NCBI GenBank assembly: GCA_016840165.1
Contig: JAEOSU010000076.1
Coordinates: 32,001 to 96,000, forward strand
From: Promethearchaeota archaeon
GTDB taxonomy: Archaea; Asgardarchaeota; Lokiarchaeia; Sigyniarchaeales; SOKP01
DNA length: 64,000 nt
Direction of reading: 5' to 3'
Shown: piece after piece, positions 1-10,013 of the stretch
Numbering within the stretch: position 1 is the stretch's first letter
How the letters are laid out: every line of letters begins with the position of its first letter
The notes under the pieces: model-generated
What the model was told of the DNA's origin: nothing
The model's database searches: none
Seen by the model: only the letters and a program-made list of their open reading frames with translations
Made by a program: the position numbers and the translations under genes

Positions 1-1
1 T

Positions 2-1321
2 TTCTATAAGCATTGAGAGATTTAAATTAAGACTATGTAAAAATGTTTTAAAAAAATCATAATTAACGTGAGGTAGTTCTAAACGAAAAATCTTTTCAAA
101 AATTATATTTAAAACTTCCATATTTGATATGAACGAAAAATTGTCCATGAAATTTTGGATATCTTTAATTGAATTTGCGTTAATCTCGATATCGGAAGTT
201 TTATTATGATTATTTAATACGCTCTTAAATTTTTCAGGTATTAATAATAATTCTCCCACTTCCAAGTTTTCAAGACTTCCTCCACCAAAATAATATTTCA
301 TATATAATAGAAAGAGATTAAATTGATTTTTAGTCGTTGGTAAGTTATTAGCTTGGAATGTTGAATACAAAGTAGATTTCCTGTCTAATACATCAAAAAA
401 TCTGAGTAAAGAATTTTTCTTTTCCTCAGTATAATTGAAATTAGCTAAAAATTCTTTTTTAATAACCTCTAATTTTGAATAAATAGAATCCTCAACCCGT
501 GAACAGACAAAGTTAAGAAAGTCTAAGATTGGAGAGAAGTTTTGTAATAGATTACACTTTTTATAAAAATAATACAATAAATCTACAAGTTTTTCTTTTG
601 CGAATGGATATTGCTCTAATGCTAATTGATATAGTTTTTCTCTACCTAGTAATAATTTTTCATTATAATTGTCTGGAATATTCTTAAAGATTTTAAGAAA
701 GTAAAAAAGAAACATGTAATAATAATTTTGAAAAGTTTCATCCTTGCTATTTTTAATAACAATGAAAAAACTAATGGTTTTTCCTTCCTCTCCATTGTTA
801 ACAACTGCTCCGTCTAATATGATGAATAATTTTTCTTGTAATAATTTTCTGATTATCACCCCTAAAATTGATATAATCAAATATAGGTAGCCAAAAGGAG
901 AGGTGATTCCATTGAGTTTATCTCCTAGGGCTTTTGAAAAGATTTCAAATTGTGATATTTCTTCATTGGATAAATAATAAATATATTCAAAAAATAAATT
1001 ATCATCAGATATTTTCTCTCGATTCAACAATTCTAACTGTTCTGAATTAAATCCACAAAACTCATTGATATAATTCTCAAAATATTTGTGAAACGTCTGG
1101 TAAAAAAAGGTAGTATATGATTTCTTTATTAATCGTTTGTTATTTTTATTTTGGAATTCTTGCCATTCTGATATTATAATACTCTTAAATTTACTGAAGT
1201 TAATACTATTTTCATTTAAAATTTCAAAAAAGATGTTAGAATTAAATTTTAGCGTTAAACCATTATTTTTTGCCGTATTACCTATAATATCTAAGACATC
1301 TTTAAGATTCTTCTTGACCAC
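2..1321 (-). CDS. Hypothetical protein, partial (runs off the window start)
   Basis: Not in the ORF track because there is no stop in the window. GTG at 1321 begins VVKKNLKDVLDIIG...; I translated the first ~200 codons and the last ~20 (...YDFFKTFLHSLNLNLSMLIE) and both are open in the same frame. Confidence 0.75.
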   Translation of the reverse strand, partial: MVKKNLKDVLDIIGNTAKNNGLTLKFNSNIFFEILNENSINFSKFKSIIISEWQEFQNKNNKRLIKKSYTTFFYQTFHKYFENYINEFCGFNSEQLELLNREKISDDNLFFEYIYYLSNEEISQFEIFSKALGDKLNGITSPFGYLYLIISILGVIIRKLLQEKLFIILDGAVVNNGEEGKTISFFIVIKNSKDETFQNYYYMFLFYFLKIFKNIPDNYNEKLLLGREKLYQLALEQYPFAKEKLVDLLYYFYKKCNLLQNFSPILDFLNFVCSRVEDSIYSKLEVIKKEFLANFNYTEEKKNSLLRFFDVLDRKSTLYSTFQANNLPTTKNQFNLFLLYMKYYFGGGSLENLEVGELLLIPEKFKSVLNNHNKTSDIEINANSIKDIQNFMDNFSFISNMEVLNIIFEKIFRLELPHVNYDFFKTFLHSLNLNLSMLIE

Positions 1322-1495
1322 AATAATTCCTACATGCTTTAATTGAAATTATAACCTTGTTCTAAAAAACCCTATTATTCTTAAATACAGATATATATTT
1401 AATTAAATTGAGGAAATAAAAATATTAGCTACAATTTAATAATTTTTCAAAAATTTGCTTATATAGAAAAAAATTACCTTATTGATGATGACCCG

Positions 1496-2533
1496 TCAGA
1501 AAATCTTTATGATTTCGTCTTTTTCTGAGTAGATCAACGGTTTAATCTTTCCATTCTTATCTTTCACCAGTAGATTTTCATGATTTGTAATAGTTCCAAT
1601 TTTTTCACATACAATTTTATTTTTTCTCAAGTATTCTAATAACTCTAAACAATTATTATTCTCTATTGTTATTATTAATGACCCTGATGAGATTGTATTC
1701 ATTGGATTCAGTTTAAATATATTACTTAATTCAAGGGGTTCTGGTAATATTGTAATCTTTTGTTGATCTATAGTCGCTCCATGTTTTGAGGCAATACATA
1801 TTTCTGCAATTCCGCAATATAGCCCTCCTTCAGTAGGATCATGCATAGAGTGAATATCAAATTTAGAATTAGCTAGATCGGCTTCTTTGTAAACACTTAT
1901 ACCAGGATCAAAGAGATAGTTCTTACATTTATCAATAAAAGCCGAATCATAACCCATTTTAAAGAGAAAATCTTCTTTTTCTCGGCCAATAATTGATGTA
2001 CCTTCTATAAAAATTCCCTTTGTAAGGATTATTGCATCTCCTGCTCTTGCTCCTGATGTTAGAACCAGTTTATCCTTCTCTACTTCACCCATTAATGATC
2101 CTACGACAATTGGTCTATTTAATCCACTTGTGACCTCTGTATGCCCCCCAATTACGCTTATACCATATTCTCTACAGGTATCATGGATGTTTTTAAATAT
2201 TGATTCTATTAATTCATCGTTTGTGTCCTTCTCAGGTAATAAAATCGTTGACTGAAACCATTTCGGTTTCGCTCCCATACAAATAACGTCATTGACATTA
2301 ACATTGACTACATAATATCCAATAGAATCTGTTGCAAAGGTGATAGGATCGGTCTTACTGACGAGATACTTATCTCCCATATCAATAACTGCTGCATCTT
2401 CTCCGATTTTAGAACCTTGTATTACTCGTGAATCTTTTATTTCCAGATCAGAAATATAATTTTCTATGATTTTCGCTATTTTGTCGTGTCTGAGTTTTCC
2501 AACTTTAAAATTTTGATCTTTCTGGTTATTCAT
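1496..2533 (-). CDS. AIR synthase-related (PurM/HypE/ThiL-like) family protein
   Basis: Motifs GKL, GEDAAV, KTDPIT, NVNDV..MGAKP, GGHTE, MHDPTEGGL. Start trimmed to the ATG at 2533 (MNNQ); the 38-aa extension to 2647 lies in AT-rich intergenic DNA. Confidence 0.85.
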   Translation of the reverse strand: MNNQKDQNFKVGKLRHDKIAKIIENYISDLEIKDSRVIQGSKIGEDAAVIDMGDKYLVSKTDPITFATDSIGYYVVNVNVNDVICMGAKPKWFQSTILLPEKDTNDELIESIFKNIHDTCREYGISVIGGHTEVTSGLNRPIVVGSLMGEVEKDKLVLTSGARAGDAIILTKGIFIEGTSIIGREKEDFLFKMGYDSAFIDKCKNYLFDPGISVYKEADLANSKFDIHSMHDPTEGGLYCGIAEICIASKHGATIDQQKITILPEPLELSNIFKLNPMNTISSGSLIITIENNNCLELLEYLRKNKIVCEKIGTITNHENLLVKDKNGKIKPLIYSEKDEIIKIF

Positions 2534-2687
2534 ACTCTTCAATAATGGGCTAATTATTACTGAATATTCGAAATAATTATAAAAAAATGACTTAAACTTA
2601 ATAACTTTAAATATCTTTAAATAAATAATCTTTTCTAGTATATACATAAGAATAGAAAAATAAGAATTTTAACAACTATTACCGAGT

Positions 2688-3221
2688 TTGAAAAAAATGG
2701 GATTTGGAAAAGCATTTGGATTTAGTTTAGTTACGTTTATTGGTATAAATTTCCTTTTTGTGATAATTACAGAGACAATCACGGGTGATCTTAATACTTT
2801 ATTTTCGGATATCACAACCAATCCATTAGTTTTATTCTTTGTCTTTTTTGGTCCAATTGTTTATATGCCTGGGCAGGTTGTGCAGTTAATTTATTTTTCA
2901 CTTTCTGGTGGTGTATATGATATCAACTTTATTGGATTGATTCTAACACTCATCGGAAGTATCATTGCACCATTAATAGCTTCCTTGATAGCGGGGAAAA
3001 CGGGTGAAAATAAAATGGGAAGTTTAGGGGGATGGTTTCTTACGGCAATTGTTTCTGGTTTGGCTATTGGTTTATTAGTATTTATTAATCCTGCGGTTTT
3101 AGCATATTATGGTTTGGCACCTACGATAGATACTTTTGTTCTTTCTTTACTAGGCGGTGTTGTGAACGGCATATTCTATGGAACATTCGCTTTGCTATTT
3201 GCGAGTATAGAACCTTATTAA
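2688..3221 (+). CDS. Hypothetical integral membrane protein
   Basis: 177 aa with about 5 hydrophobic, Gly-rich helices; T-rich tract follows the stop. Confidence 0.75.
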   Translation: MKKMGFGKAFGFSLVTFIGINFLFVIITETITGDLNTLFSDITTNPLVLFFVFFGPIVYMPGQVVQLIYFSLSGGVYDINFIGLILTLIGSIIAPLIASLIAGKTGENKMGSLGGWFLTAIVSGLAIGLLVFINPAVLAYYGLAPTIDTFVLSLLGGVVNGIFYGTFALLFASIEPY

Positions 3222-3274
3222 AAACCATCTAAATATAAACTTTTTTTATTTCCTTTTTTAAAATCGATTTAGTA

Positions 3275-4303
3275 CTATTTATTAGGAGACTTATATTTGT
3301 GAGCAAAAATGCTATATATACCAAATAAAAGTGTGAAGAACATAAAGATTAAAAATAAACCCGCTTCTTGAAATAGTAGAAAATCATTTATATCTGCTTT
3401 ATCAAATATTTTTGACACTTGAACATATAATTTCATAATAATTAAAAAAATCGTAATCGTGTCAGCTCGAAATAATTTTAATTTCTTCTTCAAATAATCT
3501 ACCTTATCATAGATTGAGCCAATAATATAGAAAAATAAAAAGAGATCGAGAAAAAAGGATCCAATCACATAGAGTGGGGCTTCGGATTCAGTACCATAGA
3601 GTTTACCAAATAAAAAGTCAAAAATAATATAGATTACATAGAAAAAAGTTAATAGGAAAAACAAAGTAATATATGCAGAAAATTTTTTAGTAACTAACAA
3701 TCTCACTATAACAATTATTATTAAAAAGATATTAGTCCATAGGATAATGCGTAAGATATTAATTGCTACTTGGGTAAAGGGAGTAATGTTGATAGTGAAA
3801 AAGCGCACAAATAATACTCCTATTATCCAATAAATTAAACCGAACAATAAGAATCCGAGAACTCTAAGAACTTTACCTATTTTTTTTTTGGAGTATAAAT
3901 AATCATCTACTTTAGTGGAAGAATCCATACATAGCTTAAATGCGAAAAAAGCAGTGAAAAAAAGATTCACATTAATGGAGATCAAATAAAATAAAGTAAA
4001 AGTTGGAAGAAATATGGATTCTCTAAAGAAAACAGCAATTAAAAGAGCGAGAATGAGGGCAACAATAAAATAGATTTTCTTTATTTTTTCAAATGGTTTA
4101 AAAAAGGAGAAAATGAATAAGATTATGTTAAATCCAATCAATAAAGCCCCAAAAAAGACTAATATGTTGCTTAAAATGAGATTATGGATCATTTCTCTCT
4201 CAAGCAGAATACCAATCCATATAGTGATAAATGAAAAAATGATGATTATATAAATTGGGCGTTTAAAAATCCCTTTTAATCCTGAGATAAAGCTCAAAAT
4301 CAT
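3275..4303 (-). CDS. Hypothetical polytopic membrane protein
   Basis: 342 aa with about 10 hydrophobic segments separated by Lys-rich loops. Confidence 0.75.
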   Translation of the reverse strand: MILSFISGLKGIFKRPIYIIIIFSFITIWIGILLEREMIHNLILSNILVFFGALLIGFNIILFIFSFFKPFEKIKKIYFIVALILALLIAVFFRESIFLPTFTLFYLISINVNLFFTAFFAFKLCMDSSTKVDDYLYSKKKIGKVLRVLGFLLFGLIYWIIGVLFVRFFTINITPFTQVAINILRIILWTNIFLIIIVIVRLLVTKKFSAYITLFFLLTFFYVIYIIFDFLFGKLYGTESEAPLYVIGSFFLDLFLFFYIIGSIYDKVDYLKKKLKLFRADTITIFLIIMKLYVQVSKIFDKADINDFLLFQEAGLFLIFMFFTLLFGIYSIFAHKYKSPNK

Positions 4304-4601
4304 TTCCTTTTTTTTTTATTAAATTGAATATTTGCTAAATTCTATTTTAATCTTTTCTTCTTTTTAATAATCTAATATTACAGCTTGGTATTAAGGGGTT
4401 AATAATTATAAAACTCCCAGTTTAATAATAGAAAAATAATACTATATGTAAAATTTGAGAAAGAAGCTGGAAATACTCTCAAAAATGTATAAAAAACCGT
4501 AAGATATTGCTATTTTCGACAAAATTATAAGAGGATAGCTAAGATCGGGAACTTTAAATATATAATTTAATGGAACAAAATCAGTTTACGAGATTAAGAA
4601 A

Positions 4602-4904
4602 TTGAGCTCTGGAAAATTAGATTTTAGTGCAAGTGTGAGAAATGATAAATTTAATTCAACTTTAGTTTATTCAGATATCCCTTATCCAATAATTGATTTG
4701 GAAGCTACTTGGGATCCAATTTTTACCAATTTCATGCGAATAAACCATGAACTTAATGAATTCTACTATAAAGCTGTTAAAATTCATTTATTGTTATTAA
4801 GAAATGAAAATTTATCAAATCAGGAAAAACTGGAGTTATGTAAAATTGAAAGAAATTATATTAAATTATATTTAAAAGCGATAATGAAGAAAAATTATAT
4901 CTAA
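4602..4904 (+). CDS. Small hypothetical protein
   Basis: 100-aa ORF filling the gap, convergent with the next gene; no recognisable motif. Confidence 0.5.
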   Translation: MSSGKLDFSASVRNDKFNSTLVYSDIPYPIIDLEATWDPIFTNFMRINHELNEFYYKAVKIHLLLLRNENLSNQEKLELCKIERNYIKLYLKAIMKKNYI

Positions 4905-4911
4905 GCTGTAA

Positions 4912-6339
4912 TTATAGTTTCCTTATTTTATGTAAGAAATCAGCATAATCACAAAACAATGATAAACTCTTAGCTGCATCTCTCAAATTGAAATAATAAA
5001 GAATTCTGTCTTTATGTAAATGCTTTTTAGCTGTAGAAAATCTTTGAGCAAGTTCAATAGAGTCTGAGATACTGGGTATACATATAATGAGTGGTTTTTG
5101 GGTTGTTTTCTGTAACTCTGCTAACCTTTTAAATACATGGCTATAAATGAAGTGAGGCCATAAAGGAAGGATAATAATATCAATATTTGGATCTTCTTTA
5201 ACAACGTTAATACAATCCACAAACACATCTACCACAAATCCTAATGCCCCTAAATCTACGGGATTTCTAATATTTACATTTTCATAGGGTAAAATTTGGC
5301 TAATTTTTTCTTGTGATTCTTTACTCAGTTCAGGAACGATTAATTGATGAGAATTGAATAAATCCGTGGTATTTACGGAAGACCCGCCTCCAGGAGTTAC
5401 AATACCGAATCTTCTATCATTTGGTAAATACTTTGGATAAAGTAACTCAAAAGTTTTTATTGTATTCCAAAATTCCTCATTATCTCTGACAATCACAGCT
5501 CCAGTTTGTTTTATCATGCTATTCCATAAACGCAAATCACTAGAGATTGCGCCCGTATGGGAAAAAGCAGCACGCAATCCATCTTTAGTATAACCACCTT
5601 TCCAAATAATAACTGGCTTGAGTCTAGTGGTTTTTTTAAGTTCATTATAAAATTCATACCCACTACCAGAACCAAAAGATTCCAAATAAGCTGCTATAAC
5701 TTTTGTTTGTTCATCTTTTCGATATAATTTCAGAAAATCAATAGCATTCAAATCAATTTGGTTTCCAAATGAAATACCATATCTGAATCGGATATCACGT
5801 TTAAATCCTGCATCTATTAATTGATTTAAATGTCCTCCGGATTGAGACATGAAAGAAACATTTCCTGGTATTCCTTTAAAAGTGTTAAAAGAAAAAGCCA
5901 TCCCGGTTGATCCATTAAAAGGGCCTAAGCAATTAGGACCAATTACTCGTGTTTTAGAATTCTTGATGATATCTTTTATGACACCTTCTAATCTTAACCC
6001 TTCCTCATCTCCTGTCTCAGAAAAACCAGAAGAGAAAATAATAACCCATTTAATATTTTTCTCGACACATTCCTTAAGGACTTGAGGGATAAATTCAGTT
6101 TTAACAGAGATATAGGCAGTATCTACGGAATAAGGAATATCCAAAACTGAAGGATAACATTTCCAATCGAGTATGAAGTCATATTTAGGATTTACTGGGT
6201 AAAATGTATTTGCCCAGATCGATTCTTTGAATGCTGGAAGATAAAGCATTGCTCCAAATCTAGATTTCTCAGATGCTCCTATAAAAGCAATGTGTTTTGG
6301 ATGAAAAAGGGAATCAAAATCAGATAATATAGTATCCAT
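4912..6339 (-). CDS. Acyl-CoA synthetase (NDP-forming), alpha subunit
   Basis: CoA-binding domain (IAFIGAS, YPVNP), SSGFSE, IGPNCLG, SQSGG, SFGNQID, phospho-His motif SHTGA, NPVDL. Confidence 0.9.
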   Translation of the reverse strand: MDTILSDFDSLFHPKHIAFIGASEKSRFGAMLYLPAFKESIWANTFYPVNPKYDFILDWKCYPSVLDIPYSVDTAYISVKTEFIPQVLKECVEKNIKWVIIFSSGFSETGDEEGLRLEGVIKDIIKNSKTRVIGPNCLGPFNGSTGMAFSFNTFKGIPGNVSFMSQSGGHLNQLIDAGFKRDIRFRYGISFGNQIDLNAIDFLKLYRKDEQTKVIAAYLESFGSGSGYEFYNELKKTTRLKPVIIWKGGYTKDGLRAAFSHTGAISSDLRLWNSMIKQTGAVIVRDNEEFWNTIKTFELLYPKYLPNDRRFGIVTPGGGSSVNTTDLFNSHQLIVPELSKESQEKISQILPYENVNIRNPVDLGALGFVVDVFVDCINVVKEDPNIDIIILPLWPHFIYSHVFKRLAELQKTTQKPLIICIPSISDSIELAQRFSTAKKHLHKDRILYYFNLRDAAKSLSLFCDYADFLHKIRKL

Positions 6340-6515
6340 TATTTTAGAAAATATGAGAGTTATTATATGTTTTTTGAAATGAATTCTCTGAGAAAAACGA
6401 CATATATGGCTATTCTTAAAAAAGTAATTTATCTCCTTTCACAAATTTTTAATGTAAAATACAATTAGACTATTTATAATTATATTAAACAATTTAGTAT
6501 TTAGGAGAATTTGAA

Positions 6516-7970
6516 ATGGCTAGACCAAGCCCGTTAGAAATTTATGCGCTTCTTGATAAATCTAATTGTAAAGACTGCGGTTATGATACTTGTATGGCTT
6601 TTGCTACAGATCTTCTCGAAAGAAAAATAAAAGTAACGGATTGTACTCATTTAATGCAAGAGCCGAAACAGGCAAAAAACCGAGAGAAACTCAAAAAAAT
6701 TACTATGCCTCCTCAAAAGCCAGTTGTAATAGGGGTGGGAGATCGTGCATGCACTGTTGGAGGAGAAGAAGTCCTTTATCGCCATCAGCTTACTTATTAT
6801 AATGAAACAGCTATCTTCGTCGAATTAGAGGATGATGATCCCGATTTGGAAAATTTTGCCAAGTATCTGACAGATTTAAAAGTCGAAAGAATTGGAGAAG
6901 TCCTTCTCATCAATGGATTAGCATTAAGAAATGTATCCAGCGATCAAGAACAATTTAAATTAGCAGCTAAAAAGCTTTCTAGTATCTCTAATTTACCAAT
7001 AATGTTATGTTCCTTCAATTCTGAAAATTTAATAGCAGCAGCGGGAGAAATTAAAGATAAAAAACCCTTACTATATGCTATAACAAAAGATAATTGGGAA
7101 CAGATCGGAAAATATGCTGTTGAAAATCGATTACCCGTGGTAGCAACTTCGAGTGATATAGATGAGCTAATATCATTGAGTGCAACTTTACAGAAATTAG
7201 GTATACAAGAGATGATATTAGATGCAGGAACATATTACGGTCCAGGAAATCTCTCAGTTACCCACAATAATATAATGCAATTAAGAATCGCGGGAATAGA
7301 TAGAGATGATCCAAATGCTGGATGGCCGGTTATGGGTGTTCCAGCTGCCTATTGGAGTCAAGTAGACAGTGATGACGGAAAAGAACCCTGGGAACATAAA
7401 TATCAAGAACTAATTATGGCCGCAATAATGGAATCAATTGACACTAATTTAATTGTATTACATACAGGAAAAAAGAAAGAGGATGTGTGGGCAATGTTAG
7501 CATTAATGACATTAAGGCAAAGTATTTTCAGTGATCCTCGAATATATCCCACAGTTGACCCAGGAATATATGAAATTGGGGAACCTAAAGATATGTCTCC
7601 TATATTTGTCACCTCAAATTATAGATTGACTAAAATACCTGTTGAAATAGATATTAAAGGTGCAAATCTAGATGCATTACTCTTAGTAGTCGACTCTGAA
7701 GGAATTGGAATTGAGTCTGCTGTTGCGGGAGGGCAATTCAGTGCTGGTGCTATTGCAGAAGCGGTTAAAGAATTTAAAGTGTTTGATAGGGTTAAACATA
7801 GGATCCTTATAATTCCAGGAATGGCTGCGCGTTTGAGTGGTGCTTTAGAAGATGAAGCGGATGCGTTTGTTATTGTTGGACCCAGAGATAGTTCAGGAAT
7901 CGGTAAATTTATTAAAGAACAATGGAAACCAGAAGAATATATGAAACAATATGAGGAAATGAAAGAGTAA
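6516..7970 (+). CDS. cdhE: Corrinoid iron-sulfur protein large subunit (ACDS gamma subunit)
   Basis: N-terminal NCKDCGYDTCMAFA...C [4Fe-4S] motif, GGEEVLYRH, pterin-binding barrel, C-terminal IFSDP...SPIFVTSN...IIPG...VGPRDSS. GGAG SD upstream. Confidence 0.93.
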   Translation: MARPSPLEIYALLDKSNCKDCGYDTCMAFATDLLERKIKVTDCTHLMQEPKQAKNREKLKKITMPPQKPVVIGVGDRACTVGGEEVLYRHQLTYYNETAIFVELEDDDPDLENFAKYLTDLKVERIGEVLLINGLALRNVSSDQEQFKLAAKKLSSISNLPIMLCSFNSENLIAAAGEIKDKKPLLYAITKDNWEQIGKYAVENRLPVVATSSDIDELISLSATLQKLGIQEMILDAGTYYGPGNLSVTHNNIMQLRIAGIDRDDPNAGWPVMGVPAAYWSQVDSDDGKEPWEHKYQELIMAAIMESIDTNLIVLHTGKKKEDVWAMLALMTLRQSIFSDPRIYPTVDPGIYEIGEPKDMSPIFVTSNYRLTKIPVEIDIKGANLDALLLVVDSEGIGIESAVAGGQFSAGAIAEAVKEFKVFDRVKHRILIIPGMAARLSGALEDEADAFVIVGPRDSSGIGKFIKEQWKPEEYMKQYEEMKE

Positions 7971-8027
7971 AGAATTAATATTTCTTCTTTTTTTACTTAT
8001 TTTATTATTTTATTTGGACATATCATC

Positions 8028-8684
8028 TCAAATTAGTGAATTGATTATATTCACGTTTAATTCTTTAACACTATTCAGAATAAGAGTCTTAGTAATACTT
8101 CCTTTTTGTAATTCTTCCGCAGAGTGTCCTCCGGTAAGTACCCCGATAAAAGGCGCTCCAAGATTTTCAGCTAAAGCTCTATCTTTCGGATGATCTCCAA
8201 TAATTATAAACTGATGATTTGGATACTTTTTATTTAGGTGTTCTACAAGATTTAAGTCCATCTTCGTTTTCATTATATTTCCCTCTCCGATTACATATTC
8301 GAAAATATGAGAAATACCAAGAATTTCAACTACTTGGCGTGCCATTTCCTCTTTTTTAGAAGTGATAATTCCTAAGAGAAAAGATTTATCTCTCAGTTCT
8401 TCTAATTTATCTCTTACACCTGGTAAAAGCTCTACTTGATAAATACCTTTAGCTCGATAATATTCCCGAAATGCGGATACTAACTCATCAGAGTTCAGAT
8501 TGGTAACTCTTTGGAACATATCTGCCAAGGGTATTCCTATCATTCTAAAAATCTCCGTTCTGTCTAATCGTGATAAATTATACTTATCCAAAGCATAATT
8601 AAATGATTTTATTATTCCTTCTTGGTTATTTATTAAAGTAAAATCAAGATCAAAACTCAAAATTATTTTTCTTAAATTTCTCAT
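8028..8684 (-). CDS. HAD-superfamily phosphatase (phosphoglycolate phosphatase-like)
   Basis: FDLDFTL (DxD), ITSK, IGDHPKD. Confidence 0.88.
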   Translation of the reverse strand: MRNLRKIILSFDLDFTLINNQEGIIKSFNYALDKYNLSRLDRTEIFRMIGIPLADMFQRVTNLNSDELVSAFREYYRAKGIYQVELLPGVRDKLEELRDKSFLLGIITSKKEEMARQVVEILGISHIFEYVIGEGNIMKTKMDLNLVEHLNKKYPNHQFIIIGDHPKDRALAENLGAPFIGVLTGGHSAEELQKGSITKTLILNSVKELNVNIINSLI

Positions 8685-8766
8685 CTGATTACTTAGATTA
8701 AAGAGCTTAAATTAATAAGATAATAGTAATTAGAAAATAAAAATTTTAAAAATAATTTAATAGTAG

Positions 8767-9903
8767 TTAAATAATGGTTAAAAGGGGGTCACCTAATAGT
8801 GTCATTCCCATTGACTCGTTGTCGCTTGGACCATGTAAAGGATTCCAATACCATAATCTCATAGATTCACCAAATATCTTTCCTTGACTCAAAGGATTGT
8901 AGAAATAGCTGTTCATGGTCATACCACCGATTTTTGAAGAGCCTATGACTGCTAATGTATTATTAGAAAAGAGGTATTGTGTTCCCATATTGGCTGTATA
9001 TTCGAAATTGCATGCGGAGCAAGCATATAAATTATAAAATAATGCTTTAGTATTAATATTTAAGATATCAGTGTAATTTACTTTCCCTTCCGTACCATAA
9101 CCTCCTGAACCGAAAAGATGTTCATAAGGCCAAGAATGGACAAAAACATGGATAAATTCATAAATATGAGTTAGGCGATTTTTATAATCAGCGGCAGTAG
9201 TAATACTATTAGTACTAATACATGTAATATTAGAATAAGCGGTCATATCTCCAAGCCATTCACTAGTCCAAGCGGACCAATCATCATCAATATAGACTAG
9301 CTGTGAATGAGGACGCGATAATTGACCGGTTCTATATGCATGATTCCGAGAAAAATAATTATAGTAGGCATTTAAATGGTTAGTATTATTAAGAGATTCT
9401 GGACATATACGACCCACCCAAATCTCGGGGAATTTATCACCTGTCCCGTTGTTATGTGAGTCAAAAAGCCCATCGGAAGGGTCTAAATCAACCCATTCTC
9501 CATCTAAATCAGTAAGGTATAAATCGATTGGATAAGTTCTCCATAGTGCCCAAGAAGAATCATAATATCGCATTATTGCAGAGGGCAAATCTCCTATTAA
9601 TACAGCGCCCTCTAAACCTCTTGGTTGTAAACTAGCATTAATTAAATCATCTCTAAGTGAAGTCACATTCGTATCAGACCAATTTACGATATCGACTAAA
9701 TATCCTTGAGAAATTATATCCTGTTCATATTGATTTACTTGGCTATAGATATTACTTGCAATGGTTGAATTAACATAAATTCTCACTACTCCAAAAGAAG
9801 TTTGATTTGTTGGTTTAAGGTAAGGAAGAATAACTGCCAGAATCCCCATAGTTGCAACTAATATTACTGCTATTATAATTGCAGCTTTATATTCTTTTTT
9901 CAA
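8767..9903 (-). CDS. Membrane-anchored peptidase C25 (gingipain-like) protein
   Basis: N-terminal TM anchor, VLIGD, D..L.DLDG.W, PEIWVGR, His (FVHS) and Cys (YACS) in C25-like spacing, C-terminal LLGDP.L. Confidence 0.75.
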   Translation of the reverse strand: MKKEYKAAIIIAVILVATMGILAVILPYLKPTNQTSFGVVRIYVNSTIASNIYSQVNQYEQDIISQGYLVDIVNWSDTNVTSLRDDLINASLQPRGLEGAVLIGDLPSAIMRYYDSSWALWRTYPIDLYLTDLDGEWVDLDPSDGLFDSHNNGTGDKFPEIWVGRICPESLNNTNHLNAYYNYFSRNHAYRTGQLSRPHSQLVYIDDDWSAWTSEWLGDMTAYSNITCISTNSITTAADYKNRLTHIYEFIHVFVHSWPYEHLFGSGGYGTEGKVNYTDILNINTKALFYNLYACSACNFEYTANMGTQYLFSNNTLAVIGSSKIGGMTMNSYFYNPLSQGKIFGESMRLWYWNPLHGPSDNESMGMTLLGDPLLTII

Positions 9904-10013
9904 TCTTAACCCTCAATGAGATAATTTGATTAGTAATTGAATTTAGTAATAATATAAGAATAGAGGTATATATTTGTATCCTTTTAGAGAGGATTCTTTA
10001 TTAATATGATATT

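Noticed and set aside
1496-2647. Naming the AIR-synthase-like gene hypE, thiL, purM or selD
   Set aside because: It lacks the HypE C-terminal PRIC and the SelD N-terminal Cys/Sec-x-x-Lys motif, and context gives no support for any of these.
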